The notes: generated by a model not told the origin, from the sequence alone. 63,991 nt of DNA, filler included, from Hyphochytrium catenoides (GCA_900088475.1; 10 parts of 10 records of this genome joined end to end with filler, not necessarily neighbours in it); one strand, 5' to 3'; shown: positions 1 to 14,149, counted from the first letter of the whole stretch. Translations and numbers: made by a program.

Positions 1-205
1 AGAGAGGGAGAGAGAACAAGAAGAAGAAGAAGTGTGATGAAGACAAGGACCCTGTCATAGCAAGGCCAGAGAGACAGCTAAGAGAGAGATAAAGAAGAGA
101 ACCTCAGTAAGACAGGATGACGAAGAGAGAACCGTGAATAGAGAGAGACAGAAGATGCATTAGCTAGGACAGAGGCGATAAAGACTCTTCAGAGTTGTCT
201 CCTTA

Positions 206-583
<378 letters not shown>

Positions 584-686
584 TTACGGAAGAGATGAGG
601 AGAGAGGAAACGCCGTTTATGAGGCCCAATGAGAGGAGAGATGTGATGACCTTACAAAGTGACCTGCACTCGCAGAAACTCTTTTC

Positions 687-732
687 GAGTGGAAATAAAG
701 AAGCGAGAGCAGCGATCAGAAAGAGACAACGA

Positions 733-785
<53 letters not shown>

Positions 786-822
786 CGAGAGAAAGGAGAG
801 AGCGAGAGAGCGAGAGAGCAAG
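687..822. repeat. (GA)n microsatellite, representative of many (GA)n/(TC)n tracts across the window
   Basis: Directly visible; similar tracts occur in most introns and intergenic regions. Confidence 0.95.
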
Positions 823-1344
823 CAAGAGCCATGGGATCAGCTCAGAGCGTGAAGGGAAGCGCTGTAACGCACCAGCCCCAGCGGCCAGTCATATAAAACC
901 CGTGATACATCACCTCATCCCCGAGTCGAGGGGGAGATCTGAAAGGTAAGGAGCTTTGCCTATTCGTAGGGATGTATTTTGAGATAGCGGTGATGCATCA
1001 CCGACTGTTCACTTCAACTCGCCCACAGCTCAACAAGTCCGCAAAAATCTTCAGAATTTCTGGGCATTGGGCACCAGAGAAGACAGCGGCAGAGACCGAG
1101 GCGGCAATAGCGGCGCGCTCGGCACTATTTGTCTGCTCTCGGCTTGTTGAAGATAGAGTGGACAGGGTGTTAGTCTCTCTCTCAAGTTCGCAAGCGTGTC
1201 CTCTTGGTCTCGGTCTGGAGATTGCGGCTGAGTTGAGTCCTCTATGGCCATAGCGAGACAGGTGTACCTCTAGGCCCCTCTGGGTCCAGCATCGGCAGTA
1301 TTTGCAACTGAGGCTCTGGCTGAGAGTCGCTGCCATTATCTTAA

Positions 1345-4300
1345 ATGTCAAGGCTATTGAGGAATGTAGATGCTCGGCTAGCCCGCCGCGCTGGGACTCA
1401 TGGGATCTACTGGGTTCCGGCCGCTGGCGGTGCTAGGCCCCTCTGGCGCTTTAGGCCCCAGTCGGCGCCATCCTCGGGGATACAGCCTTCCCTGCAGGTG
1501 CGCTGCTTCTGGAATAAAGTGCGGTCTCGCTCCAGTAAGCCAGAGGCGCCGAGGCCCTTTATGGACGAAGGTGCGGCAGATCCGTTCGCATGGATGGAGG
1601 ACACAGAGGATCCACGAGCCCAAGCATACATGAGGGTGAGGCACTGGCTGGATGTCGATCGACAAGAGGAAGATTGAAGATAAACGTGGACGGGGAAGGT
1701 CAAACGGCGAAGAAATGGACGAGAGGGGAAGAAAGAGCAAACGAGAGAGAGAGAAAGATGGAGGAGAGAGAGAGAGACACGAAAGACGAGAGAGAGAGAG
1801 AGAGAGAGACGAAAGAAGAGAGAGAGAGACGAAAGACGAGAGAGAGAGAGAAAGAAAGAAAGTGAGTGAAAAGAAGGAAGTGAAAGAAGGAGAGTGAAAG
1901 AGAAGAAAGAAGGAGAATAATGGAGGTAGCGCCACGGAGATGCTGTGGACAGTGACTGTCCCGTACGAGACCGCCAACTGCTCTCCCTTCTCCCTCTGTC
2001 AGGCTGAGCACAGCTACGCGCACCGCTACCTCTCCGACACGCGCAGACTGCAGAAAGAACTGCGTGAAGAGATGCTCAGCAGGCTGCCAGACGACGAAGA
2101 GACAGCCGCAGAGCGGGTGGATGGCTTCTTGTACAGCGCGAGGAGGAAGCCAGGCTCAAACTATCCAATTTACTGCCGCAAAAGAGACGAAGACGAGGCT
2201 GAGGAGGAGCTGGTACTGGATCTCAACGAGGAGTATAAGAGATACGGCTATGTGGCGCTAGGGACCATGAAGGTCTCGCCCTGCCATCGGTAGGGCAGAA
2301 AGCTGGGTTGAGCTGACTCATTTCTCTATTGGTCCCCTTATATACAGATCCGCTTCCTTCAACCTCACTCTCGCTGATGTTCTCTCTCTCTCTCAAGCTC
2401 TGGGTGTATCTCTCTCGAGCTCTCTCTCGTCACTTTCTTTCTGTCTCTCACTCTACGATCAATCCCTTTTAGCTGGCAGGGCTCTTCATCTGCGAGTGAA
2501 TTGTGTTGAAATGGTGGACTACCTTCTGATCATCCGCTACGCCAATTGCTGCCTCTATCGTCGACAACACACCCTTTTCCGTCTAACGCCGCGCTCTCCT
2601 TTGCTCCATTCACTGAGAATGCGCTCAACTCGTTGCTCTGCACGTCGTCTTTGTCGTTATCCCTATAGGTTTATCGCCTACACTCTGGACGTCACTGGGA
2701 CAGGGAAGTTCAACCTATTTGTTCGTTCTTTGGAGACTCGCCAGCTCCTCTTCCATCATCGCTCCCCACACGCTCCTGCCGCGGTCTCTTCTATGGAGTG
2801 GGCCGCTAATGGGCCAGTCAACGCTATCTACTTCACGATCCCTAACGACAAGCTCAGACCATTCGCAGTGTACCGCGTCCTCTACGAGACCGGAGAGCCT
2901 GCAGTCCAGGTAAGCTGGAGAGACGATGATGAGGCCGCAGACAGAGTGAAGAAGTTGACGGCTACGGAGGTAGTGAAAGAGAAAGCAAGGACGGAAAGCT
3001 GGGCCTCTTGGTTGGGCTTAAAGTCTACCTTCAAGGCCCGCTCTAGTGCTCTATGAAGACTTCCACGTTGTAAGAGTGGAGAGAAGACTGATGATATCCA
3101 TTGTCCTCTTAAAATTTCTAGGTATTTGAGGAGTCAGACGAACAGTTCTTCGTCGATGTTTCACTAACAAAGGACAAAGACTTCCTGCTAATAAATGTGA
3201 ACTCCAAGTCGAGTTCAGAAGTCTGGACCCTTCCTGCGGCGGACGTGGAGGCCCGACCCTCGCTATTCAGGAAGAGGGAAGACGGCGTCCAATATTTCCT
3301 GGACCATGCTCTAAAGCAGTTCTTCATCCTGAGCAATCTGGACTCACAGGTGATGAGCATGGAAGATAGGGCACAGATATAAGCACAGCATTGTGATCTG
3401 TCTCTTTATCTCCTCTACACTGTCGGTCTCTACTGTTCGTCTACTTCTGCCCTCGTTTCTCTCCTTGTCCTCTGTACACCGCTTCATGTTCATTCGCACA
3501 GAGGACTGGTAAACGATAGCTGACTCCTCTTGATCGCTTGCGTTTTAAGGGCAGCAGCTATACTCTTTTCAAGGCTGCAGACCAGTCCCACTCAGAGTGG
3601 AGACCCGTGGTCAAGAGTGAGGGAGACGTCAAGGTAGAAGACATGGACGTCCTCTCCTCGCTCGTGGTTCTCTATGAGAAAGAGCGAGGACTTCCCCGAA
3701 TTAGAGCCCTCAAACACGGCGAAGAGTGCCCCAGAACTATCTTCAGGGCGGAGGCCCCTTGTCTGGTCAGCCCAGGTCTCAACTCTGACTTCACGCAGAA
3801 GAACATCAGATTCAAGGTCTCCAGCCCAGTTGTTAGAGAGAAAGTTCTGGAGTACAGCTCCGATACCGGTGAGTTGGTTATAGACTGGCCGACAGCAGAG
3901 ACCTAATGAGGCAGCACAGATAGGGAAACGACCGGATAGACAAAGGGGAAGATGGCAAAGGGCAGGGTTGGTAGAGAGAGAGCGAAAACGAGAGAAGAGA
4001 ATGAGATAAAGAGGAGAAGAGGTGGACTGGGGAGAGAGAAATGGACAAAAAGGAGAATGGCAAATGTCTTCGAGCAAAAATATGGAGGAGACTTAGCAGG
4101 ACATCTAGAAAGAGCCTGACCATCGAGAAATTGGCTTCCACCAGTCGGGCTCTCACACATTCTCTCCTTTAGAGTCTCTTCACGTGCTGCGTAGCGCGAC
4201 AATTCAAGGGATGCCTCCTTTCAAGTCTGATGAATACACGGTGAGACAGGTTTTCGTCCCATCCGCTGGCGGAGAACAGGTGCCCATGACGCTGGTACAC

Positions 4301-4921
4301 AGCAAGCACTTAGAGTTAACCGGAGACAATCCGACGCTGCTGATGGGGTACGGCGCCTACGGACTCAACCTCGAGCCAGATTTTGAGGTCACACATCTGC
4401 CACTGCTGCAGAGAGGCTGGGTGTTGGCGTACGCTCATGTGAGAGGTGGTGGGGAGCTTGGACTGCGCTGGTACCGCGATGGTCGAGGTAGAAAGAAGTG
4501 GAACTCTTTCCATGACTTCNNNNNNNNNNNNNNNNNNNNNNNNNNNNNNNNNNNNNNNNNNNNNNNNNGGCCGGAGCTGCCTCTGACAGTCCATGAGTAC
4601 GACGAATGGGGCAATCCTGAGCACCCGGGCGTGCACGAGTACATCCACTCTTACTCTCCCTATCATAACATCAAGAAGCAGAAGTACCCAGCTATGATGG
4701 CCTTCGTCTCCCTGGAGGATGAGATGGTCCCTTCATGGCAATCGCTGAAGTGGCTGGCGCGACTCCGAAGTGAGAAAATGGGGGAGGAGCCGCTGCTGCT
4801 ACACGTGAACGCGGATGGGAACCATTTCGGTGCGGACAACTTAGAGGACCAATGCACTCTGGCCGCCATGGAACACGCCTTTCTCTTCAAGGCACTTGGT
4901 TTGCGGAAGCATATTTATTGA
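1345..4921 (+). CDS. S9A prolyl oligopeptidase / oligopeptidase B (PtrB/PREPL-like), probably with an organellar presequence
   Basis: Exons 1345-1635, 2003-2289, 2669-2909, 3122-3349, 3550-3868 and 4173-4921 join in phase via GT-AG introns. Motifs: DPFAWMED, YPIYCR, GYGAYG, AHVRGGGELG, EYDEWGNP, YSPYHNI, and Asp/His regions (EDEMV, GNHFG). The catalytic Ser region falls in the N gap at 4520-4568. Confidence 0.9.
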
Positions 4922-5083
4922 CAATCAGGGAGAAAGTTTGAACAGCCGGGAAGAGAGAGGTCGAGAGAACGAGAGAAGCCGTCTTTCTCTTCTCTTTCTC
5001 TCTCTTCGCCTATTTACAGCTATTTTACAGCGATGTTTATATACATTCAGAGTGCCCTTGGCCGCATAGGAAGGAGCAAGCTC

Positions 5084-6052
5084 TTATCTCTCATGTCTCT
5101 GCCTTGTTCCCTTCCGCTGCACTACCATGTTGCTCGTGTCAGCAAAGAACGAGCCGATGATCCGCGTGTTGAGCTTCCAGACTAAATAGAGAGCACGTAG
5201 GATGCCCACTGCGCACAGTGAGCAAAACATCAACAGAGTCAGTGCCTCGCTTGCAATAGAAAGTTCAGGAGACAGATCCGCCCGAACCTGAGATTATGAG
5301 GGTGAGCACTGCACACTCGGACCAGCTTTGAGTGCCGTCATTGGCCCTTGTGAGGACCAGCGGGTTGACAACGCCCACCCCGAGACCGAACGACACAAAG
5401 CCTAAGATGCCAAGGACTACACCGCCGGTGCAGAGGACAGAGATGTTCCAGTCTTCTAGACAATTGTCGAGCTCTACGTCTGGCATCGCCATCCGCTGCA
5501 TCGCTTGGCAAGCGACACCAAGGAGCAAAGCCTTAAGATTGCAACAGGCAGCGGCCTGTTAACATTTAAGCGGACAACGGAGGGAAGAGGAGAGGGAGAG
5601 AGAGAGAGAAGAGGGAGAGAGAGAGCAAAAAAAAAGGAAAAATGATAAAGAGAGAGAGAGGGAATGGGAGAGAAGTTGAGAGGGAGAGCGAAAGGGATAT
5701 ATATATCTATAGAGAGAGAGAGAGTGGGCCTTACCAAGCAAAGCGCTAGCGCCAGAGAGAGGAAGGCTCTGAAGAGAATGCCTTTAAAATACTTCGCGTA
5801 CGCGGGTTCGACGAATGTGTAGGCATGCAGACAGTTCTCGCACATATCAGCAGCCCTGAGAGTAGGAAGGGATGGTGTCAAGTCTCTGGTCTGACGGGAA
5901 GAAAAGCGCAAGGAAAGAGAAGAAGCCGTAGTCCATCGGAACGACGAGGGGCAGAGAACAGAAGTCTAGGGTAAAGAGCGACGGAGGGAGCGGCAACGGA
6001 CAGGAGAGAGAGAGGCGGGAGGGAGGGGGAAAGAGAGAGAGAGAGAGAGACA

Positions 6053-6089
<37 letters not shown>

Positions 6090-6627
6090 GAGAAAGACCG
6101 TGTGATAATAAAGTGCGAGCTACTAGTTAACAAAGAGAGACGCAGAGAGAAGAGATGGCTGAGAGACAGGGAGAAAGAGAGAGAGAAGACAGATGCGAGT
6201 GAGAGGAGAAGAAAGAGAGAGAACCTCTTCCCACTCACTTTGGATTCACTTTAGTCCTCCGCCACCTGGCGAGGCAGTCCAGATGCACATACTTGAGACT
6301 GCCTGCACCGTCCATTGAACTATCAGAGACTCTCATCTGAAAGAGACGCGAAGCTCAGTTCTAAAGCTAAAGAGCTTTACCTTTGCATTGACAGGGAGAG
6401 ACGAGCTCTGAGGCGCCATCGTCTCCTTCATAGCAGATTCGACAGAAGGCACGACAGCCCTCATCACTTTCTCCTTCTGCTAGGGGCTGCTGGTCCTCCC
6501 TTTGACCTTCCTGAAGTGAAAGTGCTTTCTTCTTTTGCATCTCCGCAGCTTCTTCATCTCTCTTTCTCCAGGGCGAGCCCTGTACGGGTCGGTGCTGCAG
6601 GAGCTGGTGGTAGAAGTTGAACGCCAT
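5084..6627 (-). CDS. MARCH-type RING-CH (RINGv) membrane E3 ubiquitin ligase
   Basis: Spliced CRICYE...LVSPCQCKG|SLKYVHLDCLARW...CENC gives a C4HC3 RING-CH, followed by hydrophobic segments. Exons about 6627-6381, 6302-6239, 5855-5735, 5555-5379 and 5287-5084; the last intron is tentative. Confidence 0.85.
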
Positions 6628-6958
6628 CCTTTAGGGGCACGATTCCAAGTGTGTTCCACCTCTCTTTCTCTCGTTGTCTCTCTCTCTCTCTTGTCTTCTC
6701 TTCCTCCTGCAATTGTTTTGATGTCCTGGGAGCTTCAGAAAGGGATGATCGTCTGCAAATGACTAACGCTCCTGCTGATCCGAAGATTCTGTCTGGGCTC
6801 TGCACTCTCCTCTTGGGGAACAGAGCATTGAGGAAGACATTGCTACAGAGGAGAGATACCTGTAGAAGAGAGAGACGGAAGTGGGAGTGATAAACAATGT
6901 AAGGGAGAGAGAGAGATGAGAGAGAGAGGGAGAGAGAGAGAGAGAGAGGGGGAGAGAG

Positions 6959-6996
<38 letters not shown>

Positions 6997-7176
6997 GAAG
7001 AAGAACAATGATCAAAAAATGGAACGCATGTGCACATATTATGAGAAGGGGCATAAGATCCTAGTAATACGTGTCTGTAAAGCAATGTTATTGGCTCCGA
7101 TTCAGGTTGTAGTAATACGGAGCTAGAGTAACCCATAAGAATCATTCTTCACACTCCCCGTTGTCATCATGCGGGC

Positions 7177-7236
<60 letters not shown>

Positions 7237-7399
7237 TAGCTACCTGTGTCTCTCTCTCTCCCTCTTTTGCTCTCTCTCTCTCTCTCTGCACACCTACGCA
7301 AGACACTTGTTCGTCTCATCGCATCTTGGTGTTTCACTAAGAAGCCAGCCTGTCCTCTCTCCTGACAGCAGCTCTTCACAGATCTCCCTCATCACCAGG

Positions 7400-10320
7400 C
7401 CAAGCAAAGAAAGAAGAAGAGCGGGGTACACGTCGCTGGCAGGCGCCAGAAGGAGAGGCATTATGAAGGAAGTTAAAGCGTCAGAGTGCCTGGGTTTGCT
7501 GACCGTCTTGCCTGTACGAAGAGGAAGCATCATCGTGCTCTGCTCTAACTCATAATATGGCCGCTAGCTCCTCATGAGGGATATTGCCTGCCTTCCATCC
7601 TCAAGGCAGAAGACGGGCCAGCAGCAGTAGTAGAGTAGTGGACCGGACGCTTGCTTTCTAGCTCAGCCTCTCTGTGACAAGACCTGCTTTGAGCGTCGAC
7701 TCGAGGAGGGAGCTATCCGCACGGATGTTTTGCTGGACGAGCTCTACGATTTAGCTTAGTAGCCTGTCTCCACCATCCTCTCTACCTAGCAGCGTCAGGA
7801 GAGACGCGATCATAATAGTCTGCCGCTGAGTACCTAGGGCTCTTTAGAAGAGAGCCTTCCCATTCGATTCATGACGAGGAAGAAGTCTCACCGTCAGCTG
7901 AGCTGCTCTCGTTAGGACTAGATCTACTTCTAGCTCTCATAATTAGTTTAACAGTCGCTGACGGCTTAAAGAAGGATGGGTTATCAGACGTTCAGTCTAA
8001 GAATGGCTCAACGACGATAGGCAAGGGTGATCAGTATTATCCTGGCCTGGTTCCTCGAGCTGTAGTGCCACCCCACGCCAAGGACGTCGGCGGTTGCTAA
8101 GGATGTGTCTGGAGACGCAGTTCGCCCCTCTTTCAGGTCCAGGAGGGGCCGAGAGATCAGTGTACGTCTCCTATTATGATGATGACAGAGGTTTCACACA
8201 TGGCATGCAGCAGCCACCACGTGGGCGGCACCTACCAGTGCTCATCCTACTCAGTCCAAGCGCGTCAACTTTTCTGCCCTATCAGTCGATCATCTCTTGG
8301 CGGTGGTGAGGAGGGAAGAATGTCAAGACGAGAGCAGAACCACAGACATAGGACCAACATTGTGAGATGATGCAGAACTATCAGCATGCGTTGAGGTCAG
8401 CAGCAACCCTCCCGACACAAATAGCCATGGCACACGTTGGACTGGCCAAGCGGCTGATGGTCAAAGAAGGAAAAAGAGGCTCTTAGAGAGGCTAACTACT
8501 ACTGTTGGATATCATACGGAGCCTAAAACCCAGTGATAATGTTGGGGAAGGAACCACAGACCTGCAGGTGATCACTTTCCTCTATACATCAGAGGTATGA
8601 CTGGTAACTTTTTAGGAAGAGGAAACACATAGGCCGTCAGATCGATCTCTTCAGTATATTGCCCGATGTAGCACCGATGGAGCATGATACCGTAGTCACT
8701 CGTCGTGCCCTTCAGGTATCTCAGTACATGTTTTGCCGCGTTCCTGAGTTCAGTAGAGACTCTCTCTCCAGTTGCAAGCGCGCCACCATACGCCTATTGC
8801 TCTCTCTCTCGCTGCACGGAAGGATCTTGAGCTATTACACCATGACCCATGACGTTCAGACGGCGTTTCTCAACAGCAGAATCGTTGAGGACACTGATGA
8901 CCTGCGTCAGCTGCCTGGCTTCGCGTCCTATGGTCAAGAAAACTTGGTCTGTAAGCTGAAGAGAAGCATTTACGGTCTAAAGCAAGCGTCGAGGGCATGG
9001 AATGAGGTTCTTTACTCATTTCTGGTCACCCATGGAGTTGTACAAGCACAGGCAGATCCATGCCTCTACACTCGCCGCTTATCAAAGGATGGACAACTAA
9101 TCTACTTAGTTATCTATGTCGATGACATCCTACTGGCAGCCTCAGAAATCTGGCTTGCAAAAGCATTAGCTTGCCAGTCGCTTTGACATTACCTGCCTTG
9201 GAAATGTTAGCTTCTATTTGGGTTGAGAGATTCTCCGCGATCAGAAGCAAGCAATACTAGGGTTGCCAAAGGAGGTTCATTCTAGAACTTCTATAGCGGT
9301 TCAAAATGGAACTGTGCAACAAGCCTGCTACCACTCCATTGGCTCCGGATTCTCACCGCCGACTGCTTCTAGCCCAGATTGCACTAATGAAGAACCAGAC
9401 AGGAGTTCAGTGGGTTGTCTTCTATATTTTGGTGACCGGGGCGCGACCTAACTTGGCTATGCGGTTGGCGTACGTAGTCGCTATCTAGAGAAACCTTCTA
9501 CTGAACTTTGGAACGCAACAAACAAAAGATGTTCTTGGATACCTGAAGGGCACGAGTGACAACGGTATCATCTTCAAAGGTGCTACATCGGGCAATACTG
9601 AAGAGATCGATCTGACGGCTTATCTGGACTCTGACTGGGCAAATGATGCGGACAGAAAATCTACTTCTGGCGCTGTAAATGGCTCCCCAATTGCTTGTTG
9701 GCTTAGCCGTAAGCAAGCAACAATCGCTCTCTCCTCTACTGATGCAGAGTATATTGCAACTGCTATGGCTGCGCAGGAACTGGTATGGCTTCGACCATTA
9801 GTAAAGAACTTTATACCTTCATTTGATGGTGCTACCAAGTTCTACCAAGACAACCAAGGTGCAATGGAACTTGTCAAAAGTCCTATCTTCCGGAAAAGAT
9901 CAAAGCACATTGACATCAAGAAGTTCCACTTCATCCGTGAGCGCTACCAGGAAGGAGATCTGCTGCCGACGATGTACGTCCCTACTAAGGATATGTTGGC
10001 CGACATGTTAACCCAATCTCTCTGCAGCGACGTTCAAAGATCTCAGAAGGCAATTATTGAAGGTAGACAGTATTCCTTGATGAGAAGGCGTGTTGAGAAC
10101 TCTTTCCTTTTTGGGGTTCTTCTATGGTGGCAAAGAATATTCTTCTTGATTCTTTGTCCTACTTTATTCTTTGATAGATATTCTCTAAAAATGTGCTCTT
10201 GCTTCATGAACATTGTTCTCTTTCCCGACTTTACCTCTTCCCTTCCTTCTGGCCACCAATTTATTGCCGATTCTCTTGTCTGAGACGATGGATCCCTTGG
10301 TGACCATTCAAAGTACAACG
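7400..10320 (+). mobile_element. Decayed Ty1/copia LTR retrotransposon (gag remnant, RT, RNase H, 3' LTR)
   Basis: RT motifs DVQTAFLN, KLKRSIYGLKQASRAWN and YVDDIL; RNase H motifs DSDWA, KQATIALSSTDAEY and KRSKHIDI, broken by stops and frameshifts. Purine tract followed by TGTTGAG at 10091 (putative LTR 10091 to ~10320). Weak gag-like FERRLEEG...LLDELYDLA near 7690. 5' boundary uncertain. Confidence 0.88.
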
Positions 10321-10565
10321 CGTTTCTCTCGCTCTTCCTCAGGTAATCAGCTCTCTTTGCATGAACAATAGTAAGCAGCCTTCTTAGTCGTCTGAGGTTA
10401 TACTTGTTATGCCATTATTAAGTCATAGACCGACCTTCTTCAGTGCAAAAGTTCCTGGAAAGCGGTAGAAGACGAGGGACAATGACAAGCTCGGGGCACT
10501 CAGCGCCAGCAGCTAGAGAGTACGACGAGTAGGGATGATAGGATAGATGAGGGCCGGGCTCTTTT

Positions 10566-12741
10566 TTAGAAGACACCCTTGCTCTCCAGGAGCTTCAGAT
10601 TGTACTCTGCGACGTCTCTGGTGGATTCAAAGGAGGCAGAGGCGCCAATGTACCAGGTGCGATACTTGCCCTGCATGTCGAAGATATCCCAAAGCACTTG
10701 CTGCTCTAGCAACTCCTCGTTCGTTGGGTGTGGAAACGTGAAGAAGCGGTCCTACAGAGAGAAAGAGAAGGAGGGAGCGGAAAGACATCGCGGGTTATGA
10801 TCGCATTCAATGAGAAAGTCCTTGTTGGCGACGCCTGCCAAAGAGCAAAAGACATAGTAGTAGAGCGCAAGGCAGGAGAAGTAGCAGGAATTGCAAGCCA
10901 CAAGTCCATAAGAGAGAGAGAGACAGACCGACAAACATGATGGAGACGAGAGATAGATTGCTTGCGATGCCGTTTCGCCATTCTCTCTTTTTCTCCCTCT
11001 ATCTCACCTGCTCTCCTGTCTCCACAACGGTGATGCCAAACTCGGCTAGCGAAGACGTAAGGTTCTTCTCAATTTCCAAATTCTTCTGGAACGGCGGCCA
11101 GTAGTTGCCCGTGGCAGCGTTCAGATCTTCATTGAAATAAGGCTGATACGCGACCACCATAGTCTTCTCTCGAGGGGTGAACGGGCCAGGATACCGCCTC
11201 ATTCTATACTGTTCGCTCACCAAGATCACTTCTCCTCTCCTCTTCATCGGCCCAGATAACCTGTACATGTTCTCAGGGAAGAACACTGAGCTAAGGTTAT
11301 CTCTGGAGGTGAAGTAGTTCGATGTCTCAATCTGAACCAGGGTAATAGCAAAGGTACTCTCCTGCCGATTGCCCAACATAAGGCGCGACTCATCGGGCTG
11401 CAGGTCAGCCAGAGAAGGAAGGACGAATCTATGAGGCGCAGCGATGATAAGGAAGTCAAAGGCTGAGACGTAGACGCGTCGGTCCTGTGGAGAAGGTGGA
11501 CTTCCTAGCTTTTGGATCGAGTACTTCACGAGGATCGGAGGGTTTTCATCTTCATCGTCGCCCTCCGCGGCAGGCTGTAGCTTTCTCTGGATGCTTTTGA
11601 TATTCACGTCGAAGACGACCTTGAGCCCTGCCTTTTCTTTCATTTTCTTCACTAAGGTCCCAAAACCCTCATTGATCATTGCCATTCGAGGTAAGCAGCC
11701 CGCAGGGTTGGCCACCTTGTCACAGAGGCCAAACATTCCATCCATGACGTCGGGAGTGGTCCAGGTCAAACCATAGAACAGCCCAACCTCATCCAGAGCC
11801 CCATAGCCCATCGCAGTGATGGCGTAAGTCATGAAGGGCCTGAGATGAGGGCAGTCGATGCTGTCAAGAAAACCGCCAATGGTTGTATTGAGCTTTCTGG
11901 CCTGCTCTGGGCTCGGCCTGTCAGGGAAGGCATACTTGGGGTTGCCTAGGAGCTCACGCCACTGGTTCTTATAGGTGGGCAGACAATAGGTGAGGGTGTG
12001 CTTCACCGTAAGGGCGTACAGCTCAGCCTCAGAAGCAAAGCTCTTGGGTGCGTTGGGGCGTGCTGCGAAGTATCGCATCGCTTCTCTGATCAAACCGGCG
12101 CCTTTGGACACCGTGAGAATCGTTGGCGCGCCGCCGGGAACAGTCTTGTTAGGGAGCAGGAAACTGTCTGCAAAGCCGATCTCAACAGGGATGTTGGTTA
12201 CCGTCATATTGAGGTCCGCCAAGATGTCATAGATGACGCGGTAGGCACGCGAGAGCCAGCAGGCGCCCATGTCATGTGGCTCGCCCTCGTAGTCATAGAT
12301 GGTCCTTGCCTTTCCTCCCACCTCACTGGTCTTCTCATAGATGGTGATATCCGTGAAGCCGCGCTTCTTCAGTTCGTAACCCATGTGAACGCCGGCTGGA
12401 CCACCGCCAACAATGAGAATTCTGTCATTTTTGCCTGGGACGCCGCTAGAGGAGGAGAATGAAGAGGTACCGCTGTCGCTGGCACCGCTATAATCTTCTT
12501 CTGCAGCTTCCTCCAAGGTCTCCCTCCCGCCACCTGGAGAAGAGAACAAAGACTCAGAAAACTGGCGGCGATGGCCCTCGCGCCTTCCACGACTACCATG
12601 ATCCTGCTGCTGCTCTCGTAGTGACGAAAGTCCTGTCACGCCGTCAGAGATCAGAAAGGAACCTGCTATTATAGCCAGAGAGGCCAGGAGAAGCTGACGG
12701 CCTCTCCTAGAGGTAGTCTTTCTCTTCGTCGCCATGGTCAT
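10566..12741 (-). CDS. FAD-dependent oxidoreductase, polyenoic fatty acid isomerase (PAI/PFI)-like, with an N-terminal signal or anchor
   Basis: Exons 12741-11008 and 10751-10566 (~639 aa). RILIVGGGPAG...IYEKTSEVGGK...DMGA FAD motif; the C-terminus FPH...MQGKYRTWYIGASASFE resembles that of PAI. Confidence 0.8.
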
Positions 12742-13747
12742 CTGCCCCTGTTTTGGTACTCCTTTGGAGAGCCCCAAACAAGTCCAACGCCGAGAGAATT
12801 GAAGGCAAAGATAGAAAGGTTGAGAGGGAAAGCGCACGAGAGAGAGAGGATCAATAGAGGTAATGTCTTTTGTTTTTAGGCTACCAGGTGTTTCCTCCTC
12901 TGAGTCAAGCGCAGGAAAATGTGAAGTGTGGGAAGAGAGGCAGTAGTTCTGAGTCAGAATAGGAGGAGGAGAAGAGAGGGTGCAGCTTGCTCAGTCCTGG
13001 ACTGGGTAAGTGATGGAGGAAGCGAGAGCCAGAGAGAGATAAATTGTAAGAAGAACTCTGATGTACTTGAGGAATGAGGAAGAGAGAGAGACGAGAAGCG
13101 AGAGAGCAGAGAGAGACAAAAGAGAGAGAGAGGAGGGCGTGGGAGGAAAGCTATCTGGAAGCGTCGGAACAAAGTGCCAACAACAAGCAGATTTTATTGC
13201 TGGAGGAACTGTTCTTTTGCTTCCCCTTCCGCACTCCGCTAGAGCCCTGTAGAGATATCAAAGGTACAGGGCTGCAGGTGGCAAAGAGACAGACAGAGAG
13301 AGGAAGGAAGTGCGGGATATAAAAAGAGGGAGACAAGCACACACCTCCGCTAATAAACAACAGAGAAGCAGGAGCGACCCTTCGCGGCCGTGGCCCTAGA
13401 AGAATGTCTCTCAAATAAAGACAGCAGATGAGCTTGAGAGAGCACACTGCACCCGCATGTCCATGACGGTGATCATGACTGCATAATGTACTTGCAGGCA
13501 CCGAGAGACGTGGGAAGAGATGACAAGGAAAGAGAAGAGAAGAGAGAAGAGAGGAGTCACGGAGTATCTTTCGTCATCAGCAGTCGTTTGTTCGTCCTCT
13601 GGCTCTCATCATGCATCAAGGGCAGGAGGGTGGTGGTTAGACAGGGGTGGGCATCATTGGTCAATGCGACGAAGTAAGGTTGGGAGAGAGGAAGAAGAAA
13701 AAGAGAGAGGGGGGTAAAGTGAGTTAACCGAGTCAAGGGAGAGAGAA

Positions 13748-13780
<33 letters not shown>

Positions 13781-13898
13781 GGAAAGAGAGAGAGAGGGAA
13801 AAAGGGAAAGAGGTAAAAAGACAGAGAGGGAAAGAGAGAGAGAGAGAGAGAGCGGGAGAGAAGAGAGAGAGAGAGAGAGAGAGACAGAGACAGAGAGA

Positions 13899-13952
<54 letters not shown>

Positions 13953-14149
13953 AGACTTGGTTGGAGATTGCACGAGTAGTGCTGGAAGGGAAGTGTACGC
14001 AGCCGTTACATTTCCCGGCGGAAGAATAGGGGGGTCAATTCCTTTTCCCCTAATCTCTGATTATCGCCACGGCGTATTTAGCGATTATCCACATTGATCT
14101 ACTCATCAAAAGAAAGGGGTGAGCTTCATAGGGCCGTTCCCATCGAGAC

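Noticed and set aside
998-1351. 117-aa minus-strand ORF between DIM1 and the oligopeptidase
   Set aside because: No recognisable motif; it lies in the presumed shared promoter and overlaps the neighbour's start.
5775-5790. Possible GC-AG donor in the MARCH gene (AAAG|GCATTC)
   Set aside because: The frame stays open into a hydrophobic segment ending at a canonical GTAAGG donor at 5734.
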